Of a DNA stretch of 64,000 nucleotides, positions 50,201 to 62,727 are shown in pieces. The stretch is from an uncultured delta proteobacterium (GTDB lineage Bacteria; Desulfobacterota; Syntrophia; Syntrophales; Smithellaceae), in the NCBI GenBank assembly GCA_963845095.1, contig CAWJQM010000019.1, forward strand, positions 53,316 through 117,315, read 5' to 3'. The translations under genes and the position numbers were made by a program. Every line of letters begins with the position of its first letter. Position 1 is the stretch's first letter. The notes below the pieces were generated by a model. The model worked only from the letters and a program-made list of their open reading frames with translations, made no database searches and was not told where the DNA came from.

Positions 50201-50538
50201 CGGAAGATTTCTTCCTTGACAGCGATGCCATGCAGATTTCGGCCGTGGGCAAACTTGATTTGCGCAAGGAAGAGTTGGATTATACCGTTGGTGTTCACCC
50301 GCTCCATACCCTGGACCGGATAGTTGCGAAAATTCCTGTCGCGGGGTGGCTTCTTACCGATGAGAGAGGTCATCTGATTACCGTCCATTTCCAGGTCGAC
50401 GGGACATGGGATGCCCCCAAGGTGACTCCCATACCAGTGCAGTCACTGGCCAAAGGAACTCTGGATATCTTCCGGCGACTGTTTCAGTTGCCGGTTAAGC
50501 TCATAACGGATACGGGAGAAGTTATCCTGGGACGCTAG
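47299..50538 (+). CDS. AsmA-like / YhdP family envelope protein
   Basis: 1079 aa, N-terminal TM, beta-rich body, AsmA_2 C-terminus (KIPVAGWLL..F.V.G....P.V). Confidence 0.85.
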   Translation: MKKRTLIKALLISTAVLAALFASAWFFVSWQLSHLENCKESITAAVGNQLNRDITYEKGKATLTIRAGLALQFTRVVIREKDRSADVLNIETAFFRVDILPLLRKRVILREVILDHPRLSLKRDRTGALNIADLLMKEQKPELALEFRKLTIEEGSITFSDQAVSNEVVVTSLTNLYCRIDTPRRGGASPFIIKAAVGEDKNQGALSLAGTFHPAPPAKPLAESTVDVSIRLTGTDIHHYLPYLNNRLPLEQLAGRLDVDTTFSGTLLNFAAKGIVTVKDALLHYPQVFRGPVQPSIVQVDYALTRDAGHLQLDIARLAVDRFEVKGHFALQEMDREDPLITATGVTSTFSLKESQPYIPWGIIPKNVGRFIETHIKEGNFRLLEGKLNGRRSQIVQIERQENAGVLSVRAEVNKGVFIVDDKTPAFRDVSGIMELKNRQFLLKNMTGRFGASPCTLEGGISDFALPHPAHYTAAMTLQPAHEEILWLLGKERFRNLSFNGASTLVLSGKGPADNYRIGARWDLTAVSYAYPEVLKKPQGKPNRLAAEITLNKNAVTVTSFNYDLPPVKVSGSAGYRFAGKNPLSLNVKSNTFNIRDVVSLLPLLRVYDPAGKCLIAVAGRGDIHAPASFQWKGNVSLTDVSWQPSGNVKSVKGLTGMVIFRGNTMETSQFNARIGDSAITGKCRMNDLRKPQVDCQFAAPLFRSIDVGWQSSEGAVNFQDLKGQVFIEDNHIRVDKLSLRLGKSGFNLLGDIRDFANPKITLAVHSPYIDSEDIARLLTLKNPQRKDDSSSSRAELIASVQVDAGTFQGVDFNKLSTRWKYAGGILKVETLEAGFFDGYLQGKGQVDIRPDGQNHYQVKLSLDRLSLDKIQGFLEMRGRTVTGNLLLTGDMTATGRNIDDFKKTAAGTLQVRAEKGVLKKFSVLSKIFSLLNVLQLAKFQLPDMAKGGVPYNTITGALSLQEGILSSEDFFLDSDAMQISAVGKLDLRKEELDYTVGVHPLHTLDRIVAKIPVAGWLLTDERGHLITVHFQVDGTWDAPKVTPIPVQSLAKGTLDIFRRLFQLPVKLITDTGEVILGR

Positions 50539-50583
50539 ATATAGTTTAATCCTATAAATTATTATTCAAGGTAAAGAGGTCAT

Positions 50584-50722
50584 ATGAAATATTTTACTGC
50601 TGATGAAGCTCGGCAAATCGCCTTGGCAATGGCTGCCGGCCTGGTCCGGCAACAATCCTGAGTTACTGGTGAGTTTCTATTCGGAAGACGCCTTTTATCT
50701 CGATCCGGGTATTCCCGCCGGC
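50584..50722 (+). pseudogene. 5' fragment of an NTF2/SnoaL-like gene
   Basis: RBS GAGG, MKYFTADEARQ then in a shifted frame WLPAWSGNNPELLVSFYSEDAFYLDP; truncated. Confidence 0.6.
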
Positions 50723-50770
50723 CAAGAGAAATTCCCCAGGTGATAGTTAAACTGATGACAATAAACTCAG

Positions 50771-50810
50771 AAGGCTGAAGAAAGAAAAAAGTTCTTCTCT
50801 CTTCAGCCTT
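50771..50810. terminator. Hairpin between convergent genes
   Basis: AAGGCTGAAGA..TCTTCAGCCTT. Confidence 0.6.
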
Positions 50811-50858
50811 TGTCTGTAAATATCGATTCTAATTCGGCTGCCGCGCCTGAAGAAACAA

Positions 50859-51545
50859 CTACTTCTTCTGCGCGGGATTGACGATATCGAGCAGTTCAAC
50901 CTCGAACACCAGTGCCGCGCCGCCGGGTATAACGGGGGGACGACCGGCTTCACCATAAGCGATTGCTGCAGGGCATACCAGTTTGGCCTTGCCGCCGACT
51001 TTCATCTTTGTTACTCCCTCTGTCCAGCACTTGATAACCTGGTTGAGTGGAATGTCTGCCGGCTGTCCGCGCTTCACGGAACTGTCGAAAACCTTTCCGT
51101 CAGTTAGTGTTCCATGATAGTGAACTTTAACTATGTCGGTATCTTTAGGTTGTTTGCCTGTTCCCTCTTTGAGGGAAATATAAACCAGTCCGGATTCTGT
51201 TTTTTGTGCACCCTGTTCCTTGGCCGCATTTTCCAGGTATGTTTTTGATTTTTCCTTTTGCTTTTCGGCTGATACTTTCATCCGCGCCTGGGCAAGCTCA
51301 CCGATTTTCTGTTGATAGGCATCAGGTTCGACAACCAATTTCTTCCCTGATAAGGAGTCGGTAATACCTTTTTGAACAAACTCGAGTTCCTCCGGAGTGA
51401 GTGATAATACATCCATCTGCCGGGAAACAATAACCCCTATGGCATATAAAGTCTTCTGATCCTCAGTTGTTGGTTCCTTACTGGAACATGCCGTTAACGC
51501 CAGCATGGACACAACGATAAGTATTGCACTGATTAGTTTACGCAT
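50859..51545 (-). CDS. FKBP-type PPIase lipoprotein (Mip/FkpA-like)
   Basis: Lipobox LTAC, FKBP_N domain, VHYHGTL.DG.VFDSS..RG, LVFEVELL. Confidence 0.93.
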   Translation of the reverse strand: MRKLISAILIVVSMLALTACSSKEPTTEDQKTLYAIGVIVSRQMDVLSLTPEELEFVQKGITDSLSGKKLVVEPDAYQQKIGELAQARMKVSAEKQKEKSKTYLENAAKEQGAQKTESGLVYISLKEGTGKQPKDTDIVKVHYHGTLTDGKVFDSSVKRGQPADIPLNQVIKCWTEGVTKMKVGGKAKLVCPAAIAYGEAGRPPVIPGGAALVFEVELLDIVNPAQKK

Positions 51546-51653
51546 CCTCTTCCTTTCCATAACTGTTTAATTTTTTTGATATTTATTTTTTTGACGGTCA
51601 GAGTATATGCCGAACACGCTGATTAGTCAACATCTGTACATTTAAAAAATATA

Positions 51654-53007
51654 TTTTAGCACATAAACTGTCCGGTTGATAAGTTACCCGAATGGGAGGT
51701 AACGGATGAAGCGGACAGAGATACTACAGGAGAACCGGAAGATGCGATTTGAGGAAGTCTATGGGGGCTGGCAAAGAAGAAGATTAAGCTAGGAAGAAGC
51801 AGCAGAGATATTGGGGGTATGCAGCCGGACATTTAGACGACAGATTTGCCGCTATGAAGAAAGCGGTCTGGAAGGGCTGAATGATAAACGCCTTACTCAG
51901 GCATCACATCGGCGCGCGCCAGTGGATGAGGTAATGGCATTAGGTGATCGATACAGGGTTAGGTATCGTGGCTGGAACGTAAAGCATTTTTACTCCTGGT
52001 ACGCAAGAGAAGGAGGCACACGGAGTTATACCTGGGTCAAAAACACCCTTCAAAGACAAGGATTAGTTACGAAGTCTAAGAAGAAAGGTTCTCATCGTTT
52101 AAGAAGAGACCGCAGCCCCTTGCCCGGAATGATGATCCATCAAGACGGAAGTGACCATGAATGGGTTTTAGGTAAGAAGTGGGATTTAATCGTGACAATG
52201 GATGACGCAACGAATGAACATTACAGCATGTTTTTTGTTCACGAGGAGGGAACGGCCAGCAGTTTTCAGGGTGTGCAAGATTTAATTTCGAAGAAGGGGC
52301 TATTCAGTTCCATTTATACCGATAGAGGCAGTCATTACTGGTTTACGCCGGAAGAAGGGGGCAAGGTCAGTAAAACACAACTAACCCAGTTCGGTCGGGC
52401 CATGCAACAGTTAGGTATTGAGATGATTCCCGCCTATTCTCCGGAAGCAAGAGGGCGGAGCGAAAGAATGTTTCGTACGCATCAAGGCAGACTGCCCAAA
52501 GAGCTTGCTGCCAATAACATTACTACCATGGATGCGGCTAACCGTTATCTACAGGAAGTAGATATGCCTGCATACAATAAAGAGTTCCGTTACGAACCAT
52601 TGGAGAAGGGATCGGCTTTTGTGCCCTGGATTGGGACTCATATCGAAGACACGCTTTGTGAGCATTACGAAAGGACGGTAACTCCAGATAATTGTGTCAG
52701 CTTTGAAGGAAAAACATTACAGATACCTCCTGACAAGTATCGTTGTCATTATGTTAGGGTTAAAGTGAGAGTCCATCGCTATGCAGACGGTTCTCTGGCT
52801 ATCTTCCATGGCCCAAGGAAACTGGCTGATTATGATGAAAATGGAAAGCTGAAAACAAAGAAAAAAGAAAAGGCAGCGTAAGTCCGCCGCTTGCCCAAAT
52901 ATAAGAAAAGGGGCTTTCGGCTACGCCTTCAGCGCCTTTTCTTAAGCATAATAAAAAGCGGACATATCATGTGCTACAAAATAGGACTTTCCTATTTGCT
53001 GCTAACA
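51654..53007 (+). mobile_element. ISNCY/IS481-like insertion sequence, left end apparently truncated
   Basis: Right end AGCGGACATATCATGTGCTACAAAA..TTTGCTGCTAACA; left TTTTAGCACATAAACTGTCCG matches only the inner part of it. Confidence 0.8.
51706..52881 (+). pseudogene. DDE (rve-type) transposase with an in-frame TAG
   Basis: RBS GGAGG, ATG 51706, TAG at 51790-51792; HTH, HQDGS, YTDRGSHY, ARGRSER. Confidence 0.88.
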
Positions 53008-53051
53008 CTATCTGTTGGCAATGTGTTGGCAATGATATCCGGGAACAAGGA

Positions 53052-53079
53052 GACAGTGGTCAGTTAATGGACCACTGTC
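53052..53079 (-). terminator. Hairpin downstream of lon
   Basis: GACAGTGGTC-8 nt-GACCACTGTC. Confidence 0.6.
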
Positions 53080-53156
53080 CTTATAAAACGGGTTAAAGAT
53101 TTAGCAGAGACTTTACCGTCAATGAACGCTTCTGCATCTTTAAATCATGCAACTAA

Positions 53157-55526
53157 TTATTTATTCGTCGGGCCGTTTTCCAGCGCCAGCTTGAGGACTT
53201 CCATCATATCACCGACAAAATGAAATTTGATGGCCTTCTGGACATTAACCGGGATGTCCTCCATGTCCTTGCGATTCCAGTTGGGCAGAATAATAGTTTT
53301 AATGCCGGCGCGGTATGCCGCTAAAACTTTTTCTTTAATTCCGCCAACAGGCAAAACGGTTCCGCGGAGTGTAATTTCTCCGGTCATCGCTAAATCTTTT
53401 TTGACTTTGCGTCCGGTCAAGAGCGATGTCAAAGCCGTGAGCATGGTTACACCTGCCGAAGGTCCGTCTTTGGGAATAGCTCCGGCGGGTACATGGATGT
53501 GGAGATCCATGTTCTGATAAAAATCTTCCGCAACACCCAAGGCGGCAGCATTGCTGCGAATAAAGCTCAACGCGGCACTTGCTGATTCTTTCATTACATT
53601 GCCCAGTTGTCCGGTCAGCATCAGACCATTTTTACCAGGCATGGCCGTTGCTTCAATGAACAGCATATCACCGCCGGCCGGAGTCCAGGCCAATCCTATG
53701 GCCACGCCGGGTTTGGCAATGCGGGAATCGATGTCAGTCATGATGCGGACCTGACCCAGATATTTGGCTATATCTTTTACCGTTACTGTCTTGTGTTTTG
53801 TCTCGCCTTCGGCTATCTGGGACGCCACACCCCGGCAAATATCGGCAATCTCGCGCTCCAGATTGCGCACGCCGGCTTCGCGGGTGTAACCGGAGATGAC
53901 GCTGTGGAGCGCTTTAGGCGTAATTCTTAATTGCAAGGCTGTCAAACCGTTTTCGGATAGTTGCCGGGGAATCAAGTAACGCTCAGCGATTTTCATTTTT
54001 TCTTCCAGCGTGTAGCCGGGCAGTTCAATCACTTCCAGGCGGTCCAGCAGCGCCGGAGGTATTGTATCCAGAATATTGGCCGTGGTGATAAACATCACAT
54101 GGGAAAGATCAAACGGCACATCCAGATAATGATCGGTAAATGTATTGTTCTGCTGCGGGTCCAGCACTTCCAGGAGCGCCGAAGAGGGGTCGCCGCGGTA
54201 GTCGCTGCCGATTTTGTCAATTTCGTCGAGCATGAAGACAGGATTATTCGATTCCGCACGCCTCAAACTTTGAATGATACGTCCAGGCAGAGCGCCGATA
54301 TATGTGCGTCGATGCCCGCGGATTTCCGCTTCATCACGCACGCCGCCCAAAGAAATACGCGCAAATTTACGGTCGAGCGCGCGGGCAATAGAATGCCCCA
54401 GCGATGTTTTGCCCGTTCCCGGAGGCCCAACCAGACATATAATGGGTCCCTTGGAATCCGGCTTCAATTTGCGCACGGCCAGATATTCGATAATGCGTTT
54501 CTTGGCTTTGGTCAGACCGTAATGATCCTCATCCAGAATCTTCCGGGCTTTCTTGATATCGAGGTTGTCTATGGTTCCTGCGCTCCAGGGCAGGGCGGTA
54601 ATCCAATCCAGATAGGTCGAGGCCACTGTGTATTCCGCGGAGGAAGGATGCATACGGGCAAGGCGCACCAATTCACGCTCGGCTTCTTTGGCTGCTTCCG
54701 GCGGCAGCTTTTTCTCGGTAATTTTCTTGCGGTATTCTTCAATTTCGACGTTAGACTCTTCGGATTCCCCCAATTCCTGCTGGATGGCTTTCAGCTGCTG
54801 TCTCAAATAATAATCACGCTGGCTCTTATCTATATCACTCTTTACTTGCGATTGGATTTTATTGCCCAGCTCCAGAATTTCCATCTGGTGATTCACCAGC
54901 TGCGTTAATTTCCTCAGGCGCTGATTGGTGTCGACAATATCCAAAATCTTTTGTTTTTCTTCAGCGGGCGCATTGATGATTGACGTGATCATATCCGCCA
55001 GAAGACCGGCTTCCTTTATCGATTTAGCCATCGGTCCGAATTCCGTCGGTAAGAAAGGCGAAAGCTTCAGAATGCGGTCAAAAAGAACGAGCAGATTAGC
55101 CATGAGGGCTTCCGTTTCAATATTTTTAACTTCCTTATCTTCGAGAATTTTAATGCGTGCCTGCTGATATGGTTTGTCGGAAATCAGCTCCACTATCTCA
55201 TAACGGCTGAGCCCCTGCACCAGTATTTGCGTTCTGTTTTCCGCGGTTTTGGCCATTCTGACGATAGTGGCGGAAGTGCCTACCGTATACAAATCTTCCA
55301 TCTTGTATTGGTAGTCAGGATTATCGGGTTCCTTTTTGGACAAAATTAAGCCGATTAAGCGGTCTTTAACCATGGAATCATCGACTAACTGGACAGAATT
55401 AGCGCCCATTACTTCCAGCGGAATCATCATTTTAGGAAATAGCAGAACATTATGCAGCGGAAGAATGGGAATTACTTCCGGGATGGGGAAATTTTTATTT
55501 TCTTCAAAAACATTTTGTTCAGTCAT
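53157..55526 (-). CDS. lon: Lon protease
   Basis: LON N-domain, [36 protein letters not shown]. Confidence 0.97.
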   Translation of the reverse strand: MTEQNVFEENKNFPIPEVIPILPLHNVLLFPKMMIPLEVMGANSVQLVDDSMVKDRLIGLILSKKEPDNPDYQYKMEDLYTVGTSATIVRMAKTAENRTQILVQGLSRYEIVELISDKPYQQARIKILEDKEVKNIETEALMANLLVLFDRILKLSPFLPTEFGPMAKSIKEAGLLADMITSIINAPAEEKQKILDIVDTNQRLRKLTQLVNHQMEILELGNKIQSQVKSDIDKSQRDYYLRQQLKAIQQELGESEESNVEIEEYRKKITEKKLPPEAAKEAERELVRLARMHPSSAEYTVASTYLDWITALPWSAGTIDNLDIKKARKILDEDHYGLTKAKKRIIEYLAVRKLKPDSKGPIICLVGPPGTGKTSLGHSIARALDRKFARISLGGVRDEAEIRGHRRTYIGALPGRIIQSLRRAESNNPVFMLDEIDKIGSDYRGDPSSALLEVLDPQQNNTFTDHYLDVPFDLSHVMFITTANILDTIPPALLDRLEVIELPGYTLEEKMKIAERYLIPRQLSENGLTALQLRITPKALHSVISGYTREAGVRNLEREIADICRGVASQIAEGETKHKTVTVKDIAKYLGQVRIMTDIDSRIAKPGVAIGLAWTPAGGDMLFIEATAMPGKNGLMLTGQLGNVMKESASAALSFIRSNAAALGVAEDFYQNMDLHIHVPAGAIPKDGPSAGVTMLTALTSLLTGRKVKKDLAMTGEITLRGTVLPVGGIKEKVLAAYRAGIKTIILPNWNRKDMEDIPVNVQKAIKFHFVGDMMEVLKLALENGPTNK

Positions 55527-55572
55527 TAAACCCTCCGGTTTCTTTTAGCTGACGGAATTATAAAGACAGTAT

Positions 55573-56013
55573 TTATTTGGGTGTCATAATATGGACACGA
55601 TGTGTTATCGGATTGGGCAGTTTATTGATCCTGACTATCAATATGCCATCGGCATAAGAGGCCATAGCCGATTCGGCATCCACCGCTGACGGCAAAAGAA
55701 TATTTCGTGAAAAATAGCCGTGAGGTATTTCTGCCAGACAATAGCGGGCATTTTTAACAACTGAAATAATTTTGCGCACTCCGGCGATTTTAATTCTTTT
55801 TCGGTTAAGCTCAATATGAAGTTCTTCTTTGTTTATGCCGGCAAGATCAGCCATAACAATTATTTCATCCGGCGATTCATAAACATCAACGTGCGGCATC
55901 CAGATGCATTCATGCTGACGAAATACCGGACTGACTAAATGAAAGACTTCATCAACGGCCTTTTGAAATTCCTCCTCAAAATTATTCTCAAACTTGATTT
56001 TAATGAAGTTCAT
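55573..56013 (-). CDS. Hsp20/alpha-crystallin family protein
   Basis: W.P.VDVYE, EI..G.F.R.I.LP, A.Y.DGIL. Confidence 0.92.
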   Translation of the reverse strand: MNFIKIKFENNFEEEFQKAVDEVFHLVSPVFRQHECIWMPHVDVYESPDEIIVMADLAGINKEELHIELNRKRIKIAGVRKIISVVKNARYCLAEIPHGYFSRNILLPSAVDAESAMASYADGILIVRINKLPNPITHRVHIMTPK

Positions 56014-56209
56014 CTGCATCACCTATTAATCGGGGTTGTATGAATGCTTACGGCCATGAAGCAAATATATGTTCCATTGCCAATTTGTAAAGGTTTGCTC
56101 CGGCATATTAATATTTTTAAAGGAAGTGACATGATAATATGGTCAAGGTAAATTGAATTGAGGCAGGCCTGTATCACGGACAAGCGTGCCTCAACGATAG
56201 GGCAGAGAG

Positions 56210-56605
56210 CTATTCTTTAACTGTAATAACAGGGCATTTGGCTTCCAATATTACCTGCTGAGCTGTTGAGCCAAAAAGTCCTTTTTGAACGCGGGATGTT
56301 TTAACAATTCCTACAACAATAAAATCAGCATGGATATCATTCGCAAAATTAACTATATCTTCTCCCGGCTCAAGGCCGCGAACAAGCAAATGTTTTTCAC
56401 AAATTATTCCTGCCTGAGCCATTGTTTTCTGAGCAGATTCCAATCGCTTATTTGCTTCATCAATGGCATCTGAGTCCGAGGCATTCCCTCCGATCAGTGA
56501 CGTTACAATGTATACCTTGGCTTTACTTGCTTTAGCAAATTTCTGGGTTAGCACGAGGGCGCTTTTCGCTGAATTGGAGCCATCAAAGGCAAGAACTACA
56601 TTCAT
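56210..56605 (-). CDS. Universal stress protein
   Basis: VLAFDGS, D.IVVG, FGSTAQQVILEAKCPV. Confidence 0.92.
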   Translation of the reverse strand: MNVVLAFDGSNSAKSALVLTQKFAKASKAKVYIVTSLIGGNASDSDAIDEANKRLESAQKTMAQAGIICEKHLLVRGLEPGEDIVNFANDIHADFIVVGIVKTSRVQKGLFGSTAQQVILEAKCPVITVKE

Positions 56606-56919
56606 TTTTCTTTCTCCTTTCCCTGAATAAAAATATATTGTCGTATAACATATTAATAACTTAATGCCAATCTTCCAATTTTATACTCGACTATTATACA
56701 ATTCCTGTCAAGCTTAATCAATGCTGTAAATTTCAGGCAGTTCAAGTCCTCTGCCTGGGTTAAAGAAATAGCTGGTCAAAGATGAGCCTTTTTGTTATGG
56801 AAGGCACGAATTTGAATAAAAATAGTGTTTTGGCCATCCCAAATTAAAATTGGTTCTATCTCTACCGAGATTAATTCCGAAAACCAGCACAGAAAAGAAG
56901 ATGAAAGTACTTTAAGCCT

Positions 56920-58743
56920 ATGAAAAAGGAACATTTACGAAATATTGCCATTATTTCCCACGTTGACCATGGCAAGACCACTTTGCTCAATGCCATGTTG
57001 AAACAAACGGGCGTTTTCCGTACCAATCAGGCGGTGGAAGATCGCGTCATGGACTCTCTTGACTTGGAAAAAGAACGCGGCATCACCATCACTGCAAAAA
57101 ATACGGCGATAGAATACCAGGGAATCAAAATAAACATCGTCGATACGCCGGGCCACGCCGATTTTGGCGGCGAGGTGGAACGCAGTCTTAATATGGTGGA
57201 TGGCGCCATCCTGCTGGTGGATTCCAGCGAAGGGCCATTGCCTCAGACGCGCTTTGTATTGAAGAAAGCACTGGCCAAAAAACTGCCCATAATTTTGATC
57301 ATTAACAAAATTGACCGCAGCGACTCCCGCATCGAAGAAGTCATTAATGATTCCTACGACCTTTTTATTGATTTGGGGGCTGATGAGCAGCAGATTGAAT
57401 TCCCGATCCTGTTTACGAATGCTAAGATCGGCGTCTGCCATAAGAAACTGGGAGATGTAAGCTCCGACCTGTATCCTCTGTTTGATACCATAATCGAAAG
57501 AATACCGGCGCCGGAGGTTGATGATGAAGGCAACCCGCAGTTTCTGGTGACTAATCTGGATTACGATCCTTATGTAGGACAAATCGCTATCGGCCGCATT
57601 CAGAGCGGAAAGCTGGAAATGAATACCAGCTACAGTCTTTGCACCGAAAATACGATTGTCCCGAATGTTAAATTTTCGGCGCTTTACACTTTTTACGGGC
57701 TTTCCAAAAAGCCGGTTACCAGTGCGGAAGCAGGCGACATTATTGCTCTCTCCGGGGTTGCAAATGTCACTATCGGCGACACGATCTCTTCATTAACTGA
57801 TCCGCAGCCTCTGCCCCGCCTGCTGGTGGATGAACCGACTGTCTCGATGATATTCTATGTCAATGATGGCCCCTTTGCCGGCACCGAAGGAAAATTTCTT
57901 ACTTCCCGGCATCTGCTGGAGCGTCTGGAAAAAGAATCGTTGCGTAATGTAGCCATCAAAATCAAAAAACTGGAAAGAACTGATGCCTTTGAAGTTTGCG
58001 GCCGGGGCGAACTGCAGATGGCAGTGCTGATTGAAACGATGCGCCGTGAGGGCTATGAACTGACGGTGTCCCGTCCGCGGGTGATAACCAGGGAAGAAAA
58101 AGGCAAAACAATGGAGCCGGTGGAAAGGCTGTTTCTGGATATACCGGAAGAATTTGTCGGAAAAATAACGGAAAAATTATCCATCCGGAAAGGGCGCCTG
58201 GAGAGCCTCATCAATAAAGGCAGCGGCAGAGTCAGCATGGAATTTCTCATTCCCTCACGCGGCTTGATCGGTTTCCGCAGCCAGTTTTTGACGGATACCA
58301 AAGGCGGCGGTGTCATGAATTCATTGCTGGAAGATTACGCACCATTGTTTGGCCCGATTCCCCAACGAACGACGGGAGTTCTGGTGGCAGACCGCGCCGG
58401 CCGTGTCACTTCTTATGCGAGCTATGCAATGGAGGACCGCGGTGAAATGATTGTGGAGGTTGGTACGCAGGTTTACGCGGGCATGGTTGTCGGCGAAAGA
58501 AACCGCGTGGGCGACATGAATGTCAATATTGTCAAGGAAAAGAAGCTCACCAATATGCGCGCATCGACTTCGGATACAACGATAATATTGCGGCCGCCGC
58601 GGCTCCTTTCGCTGGATCAGGCCATTGAATTCATTGCCGAAGATGAGCTGGTGGAGGTAACTCCCAAGAGTGTCCGTTTACGGAAAATGGAGCTTGATGC
58701 AACTAAAAGAGCATCGCAGCAAAAAAGTCAAAGAGATATATAA
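56920..58743 (+). CDS. typA: Translational GTPase TypA/BipA
   Basis: [52 protein letters not shown]. Confidence 0.97.
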   Translation: MKKEHLRNIAIISHVDHGKTTLLNAMLKQTGVFRTNQAVEDRVMDSLDLEKERGITITAKNTAIEYQGIKINIVDTPGHADFGGEVERSLNMVDGAILLVDSSEGPLPQTRFVLKKALAKKLPIILIINKIDRSDSRIEEVINDSYDLFIDLGADEQQIEFPILFTNAKIGVCHKKLGDVSSDLYPLFDTIIERIPAPEVDDEGNPQFLVTNLDYDPYVGQIAIGRIQSGKLEMNTSYSLCTENTIVPNVKFSALYTFYGLSKKPVTSAEAGDIIALSGVANVTIGDTISSLTDPQPLPRLLVDEPTVSMIFYVNDGPFAGTEGKFLTSRHLLERLEKESLRNVAIKIKKLERTDAFEVCGRGELQMAVLIETMRREGYELTVSRPRVITREEKGKTMEPVERLFLDIPEEFVGKITEKLSIRKGRLESLINKGSGRVSMEFLIPSRGLIGFRSQFLTDTKGGGVMNSLLEDYAPLFGPIPQRTTGVLVADRAGRVTSYASYAMEDRGEMIVEVGTQVYAGMVVGERNRVGDMNVNIVKEKKLTNMRASTSDTTIILRPPRLLSLDQAIEFIAEDELVEVTPKSVRLRKMELDATKRASQQKSQRDI

Positions 58744-58813
58744 TATAAAGGCAGGGATTAAAGCATAATGCCGTCAATCGGCTGTATATAAAGATATTTA
58801 AGAAAATAAGAAC

Positions 58814-59789
58814 TTGATTAATCAAATTTCCGATAACTTTTACTGTATTACTTTACCCATGACATTTCGTCTGAATCATGTGCATGTCTATGCATTGGTG
58901 CATAATAATGAAGTTGCCCTTTTTGATACCGGCGTGAATATCGGCAGCGCCCGGGAAGTGCTGGAAAAGGATCTGGAAAGCATCGGACAGAGCTTAAAAG
59001 CGGTGCGCGATATTTATATAACCCATGTGCATGGTGACCATTGCGGCATGGCCGGATTGATTCAAAAGGAATCGGGGGCGATAGTACATCTTTCCTCGGT
59101 GGCTGACACATCCAACCGCAATTATTCCCGGCCTGATTTCCTGATTCCGCGAGTGAAGAAATTTTATCTGGCCCATGGCTTGACCTCGCAGGAAGTTGAA
59201 AACGCGATTATCGTGTTCCGCGGCTTTCGTGATATCGTGACATTATTTCAGAGTAATGATCTTTTACGGCCCAATGATATAAGGGAATTCGGTCAATGGC
59301 AGTTTGAAGCAATCTTTACGCCCGGACACTCCAATGGTCATCTTTGTTATCATTTCCCCCGGGAAGGTATTTTGCTCTCCGGCGATACGGTATTGCCGCA
59401 TATAACTCCCAACTTGAGCCCTGATCTGTTTGACGAAAATTTCCGTCCGCTCGAAAACTTTTTAGCATCCCTGGATAAAATTGCCAATCTGCCTGTGCGG
59501 ACGATATATCCGGGTCATGGTAATTCTATCGATAATGTCAGAGCACGGGTGCAGGAACTGCACGCACATCATGCCGAACGGACGCAGTTGGTCCTCAATT
59601 GCCTGGGGGCGGGCCCAAAAACAACTTTCGAGGTTGCATCGGAGTCTTTGGCAAGATTTGCCTGATTTTGACAAGTTTCTGGCCTTAAACGAAACTTATG
59701 TGCACTTGCTGGATCTGGCGCACGAGGGTATAATTCGGGAAGAGCAGGACGGTGACCTGTTTACTTTATACAGTGCAGTGATCCATTGA
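58814..59789 (+). CDS. MBL-fold metallo-hydrolase with C-terminal wHTH, one frameshift near 59645
   Basis: THVHGDHCG, TPGHS.GH, SGD..LPHITPN, PGHG. Confidence 0.88.
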
Positions 59790-59847
59790 CAGTTCCGTAA
59801 AAAGTTTCCGGCATTCGGGAGTCTGTATAATGATAGAGATATATTTA

Positions 59848-59982
59848 TCCCTCCTTTATTAAAGGAGGATTGGAGAGGATTCTGGCACTAGCCAGAGGCT
59901 CCCTCCTTTCATAAAGGAGGGTTGGGGTGGATTTTATGAAAAAGTATAAATCCCCCTCACTCCCCCTTCAGCAAAGGGGGAC
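59848..59982. repeat. REP-like palindromic cluster, copy 3 (three units)
   Basis: CCTCCTTT..AAAGGAGG twice and TCCCCCTT..AAGGGGGA. Confidence 0.88.
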
Positions 59983-60041
59983 ATGAAAAATTTGCATTAT
60001 TTTTTATTTCTGATGGAATTAATGGAAGAAAAGAGATTGCT

Positions 60042-61628
<1,587 letters not shown>

Positions 61629-61636
61629 GCGCAACT

Positions 61637-61767
61637 TTGTAAAACGCCCATATGCTGTTTATCACCTTTAGGCGGCGTTGCACTACATCCTTCGTTATTG
61701 CGACGCACGCAAAAAGTACACCTTATTCCTCTCGCTTTGCCCGCCTTAACTCTGGGACATTTTACAA
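61637..61767. mobile_element. MITE-like element family A, copy 2
   Basis: IR TTGTAAAA / TTTTACAA; internal CGTTGC..CCTTCGT..TTGCGACG..AGTAC.CCT aligns with the reverse complement of 19294-19446. Confidence 0.72.
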
Positions 61768-61811
61768 GATCACTTTTTAATTTGTAAAGGTCTTTATATC
61801 CCCTTGATTCC

Positions 61812-61831
61812 TGATAGTGTATATGCTATCA
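61812..61831. promoter_or_regulatory. Probable HicB operator
   Basis: TGATAG-8 nt-CTATCA immediately before hicA. Confidence 0.65.
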
Positions 61832-61839
61832 AATAAATA

Positions 61840-62061
61840 ATGAAAAAGAACATATTGGATAATCCTTACAATGTGCTTTTTGATGATTTGCTGGCTATTT
61901 GCCGCCGCCATTTCGGTGAACCGAGGATCAGTGGCAGCCATCACATTTTCAAGACGCCGTGGAAGGGAGATCCCCGGATTAATCTACAAAAGGATAGTAA
62001 GATGGCTAAGCCGTATCAGGTTAGAGATGTTAAAAAAGCCATAAGAAAGCTAGAGGAGTAA
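61840..62061 (+). CDS. hicA: HicA-like toxin
   Basis: FGEPRISGSHHIFKTPW.GDPRINLQ..AKPYQV. Confidence 0.88.
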   Translation: MKKNILDNPYNVLFDDLLAICRRHFGEPRISGSHHIFKTPWKGDPRINLQKDSKMAKPYQVRDVKKAIRKLEE

Positions 62062-62062
62062 A

Positions 62063-62392
62063 ATGGGAAAGAAGATTAGTACAGATAAATATACATATCG
62101 GATTGAATGGTCGGAAGAGGACGGTTGTCATGTAGCACGTTGTCTGGAGTTTCCATCACTTGCCGCACATGGCGCTAAGATTGAAGATGCTTTGCGGGAA
62201 ATCGATCATGTTGTTGCCCAATCAATCAAATGGTTGCTGGAAGAAGGAGAACCTGTACCAGAACCATTGGGTTTGAAAAAGTTTCGCGGGAATCTGACCT
62301 TACGGGTGCCGGCGGAAAAGCACCGCGAACTGGCAATTCGTTCTGCCGAAGAAGGCGTCTCCGTCAACCAGTTTATTTTGTCTAAATTATAG
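62063..62392 (+). CDS. hicB: HicB antitoxin with RHH domain
   Basis: YTYRIEWSEED..HVARCLEFPSL.AHG, GNLTLRVP.EKHR.LA..S.EEGVSVNQ. Confidence 0.92.
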   Translation: MGKKISTDKYTYRIEWSEEDGCHVARCLEFPSLAAHGAKIEDALREIDHVVAQSIKWLLEEGEPVPEPLGLKKFRGNLTLRVPAEKHRELAIRSAEEGVSVNQFILSKL

Positions 62393-62416
62393 AACGAAAA
62401 GCTTTTCTTGCAGTTC

Positions 62417-62467
62417 ATGGAAGAATGGCCGCAGATCAATTTCCTCAAAACAATGGAAAAAAACTGA
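62417..62467 (+). repeat. Duplicate of the last 51 bp of prfC
   Basis: 48/51 identical to 61578-61628, including the stop codon. Confidence 0.95.
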
Positions 62468-62525
62468 TATTGTTACTCCGGCAATAAAATGCTTAAATAT
62501 TTCACGTTGCCTTATGCGTTTGGCG

Positions 62526-62642
62526 TGTCCCCCGCTGGCGGGGGATTGAGGGGGTAGATGTGTTAAATTTGTATTCAATTTAAAGATTGGAAGTCCGGAA
62601 TCCACCTCCGTCACTTCGTGACACCTCCGCCGGCGGAGGACA
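62526..62642. repeat. REP-like inverted pair (TGTCCCCCGCTGGCGGGGG family)
   Basis: TGTCCCCCGCTGGCGGGGG..CCTCCGCCGGCGGAGGACA with internal hairpins. Confidence 0.75.
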
Positions 62643-62727
62643 CAGCAGTGACTCTAGTTTATATATTTAGTTGCCAAAGTAATAGTTGTTTAATATTGCT
62701 GATCCCGGAAGGGAAAGGAGGCTGTCT

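Noticed and set aside
51790-51792. Amber read-through (pyrrolysine), given a corrinoid module in the window
   Set aside because: The TAG is in a transposase, no pyl or mttB genes are present, and TAG acts as a normal stop for pdxS, amtB and others
2012-54908. Long antisense ORFs (2012-2755, 12794-13522, 39422-40222, 42945-43637, 53961-54908 and others)
   Set aside because: Shadows of well-supported genes on the opposite strand with no recognisable motifs
56061-56076. Sigma54 promoter for hsp20-lon (TGGAACATATATTTGC on the minus strand)
   Set aside because: GG-to-GC spacing is 11 rather than 10; it would require an indel error. A similar off-by-one candidate at 10227-10243 was also rejected
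56820-56900. Structured typA leader RNA
   Set aside because: Only short, weak stems are visible; not distinguishable from chance without an alignment
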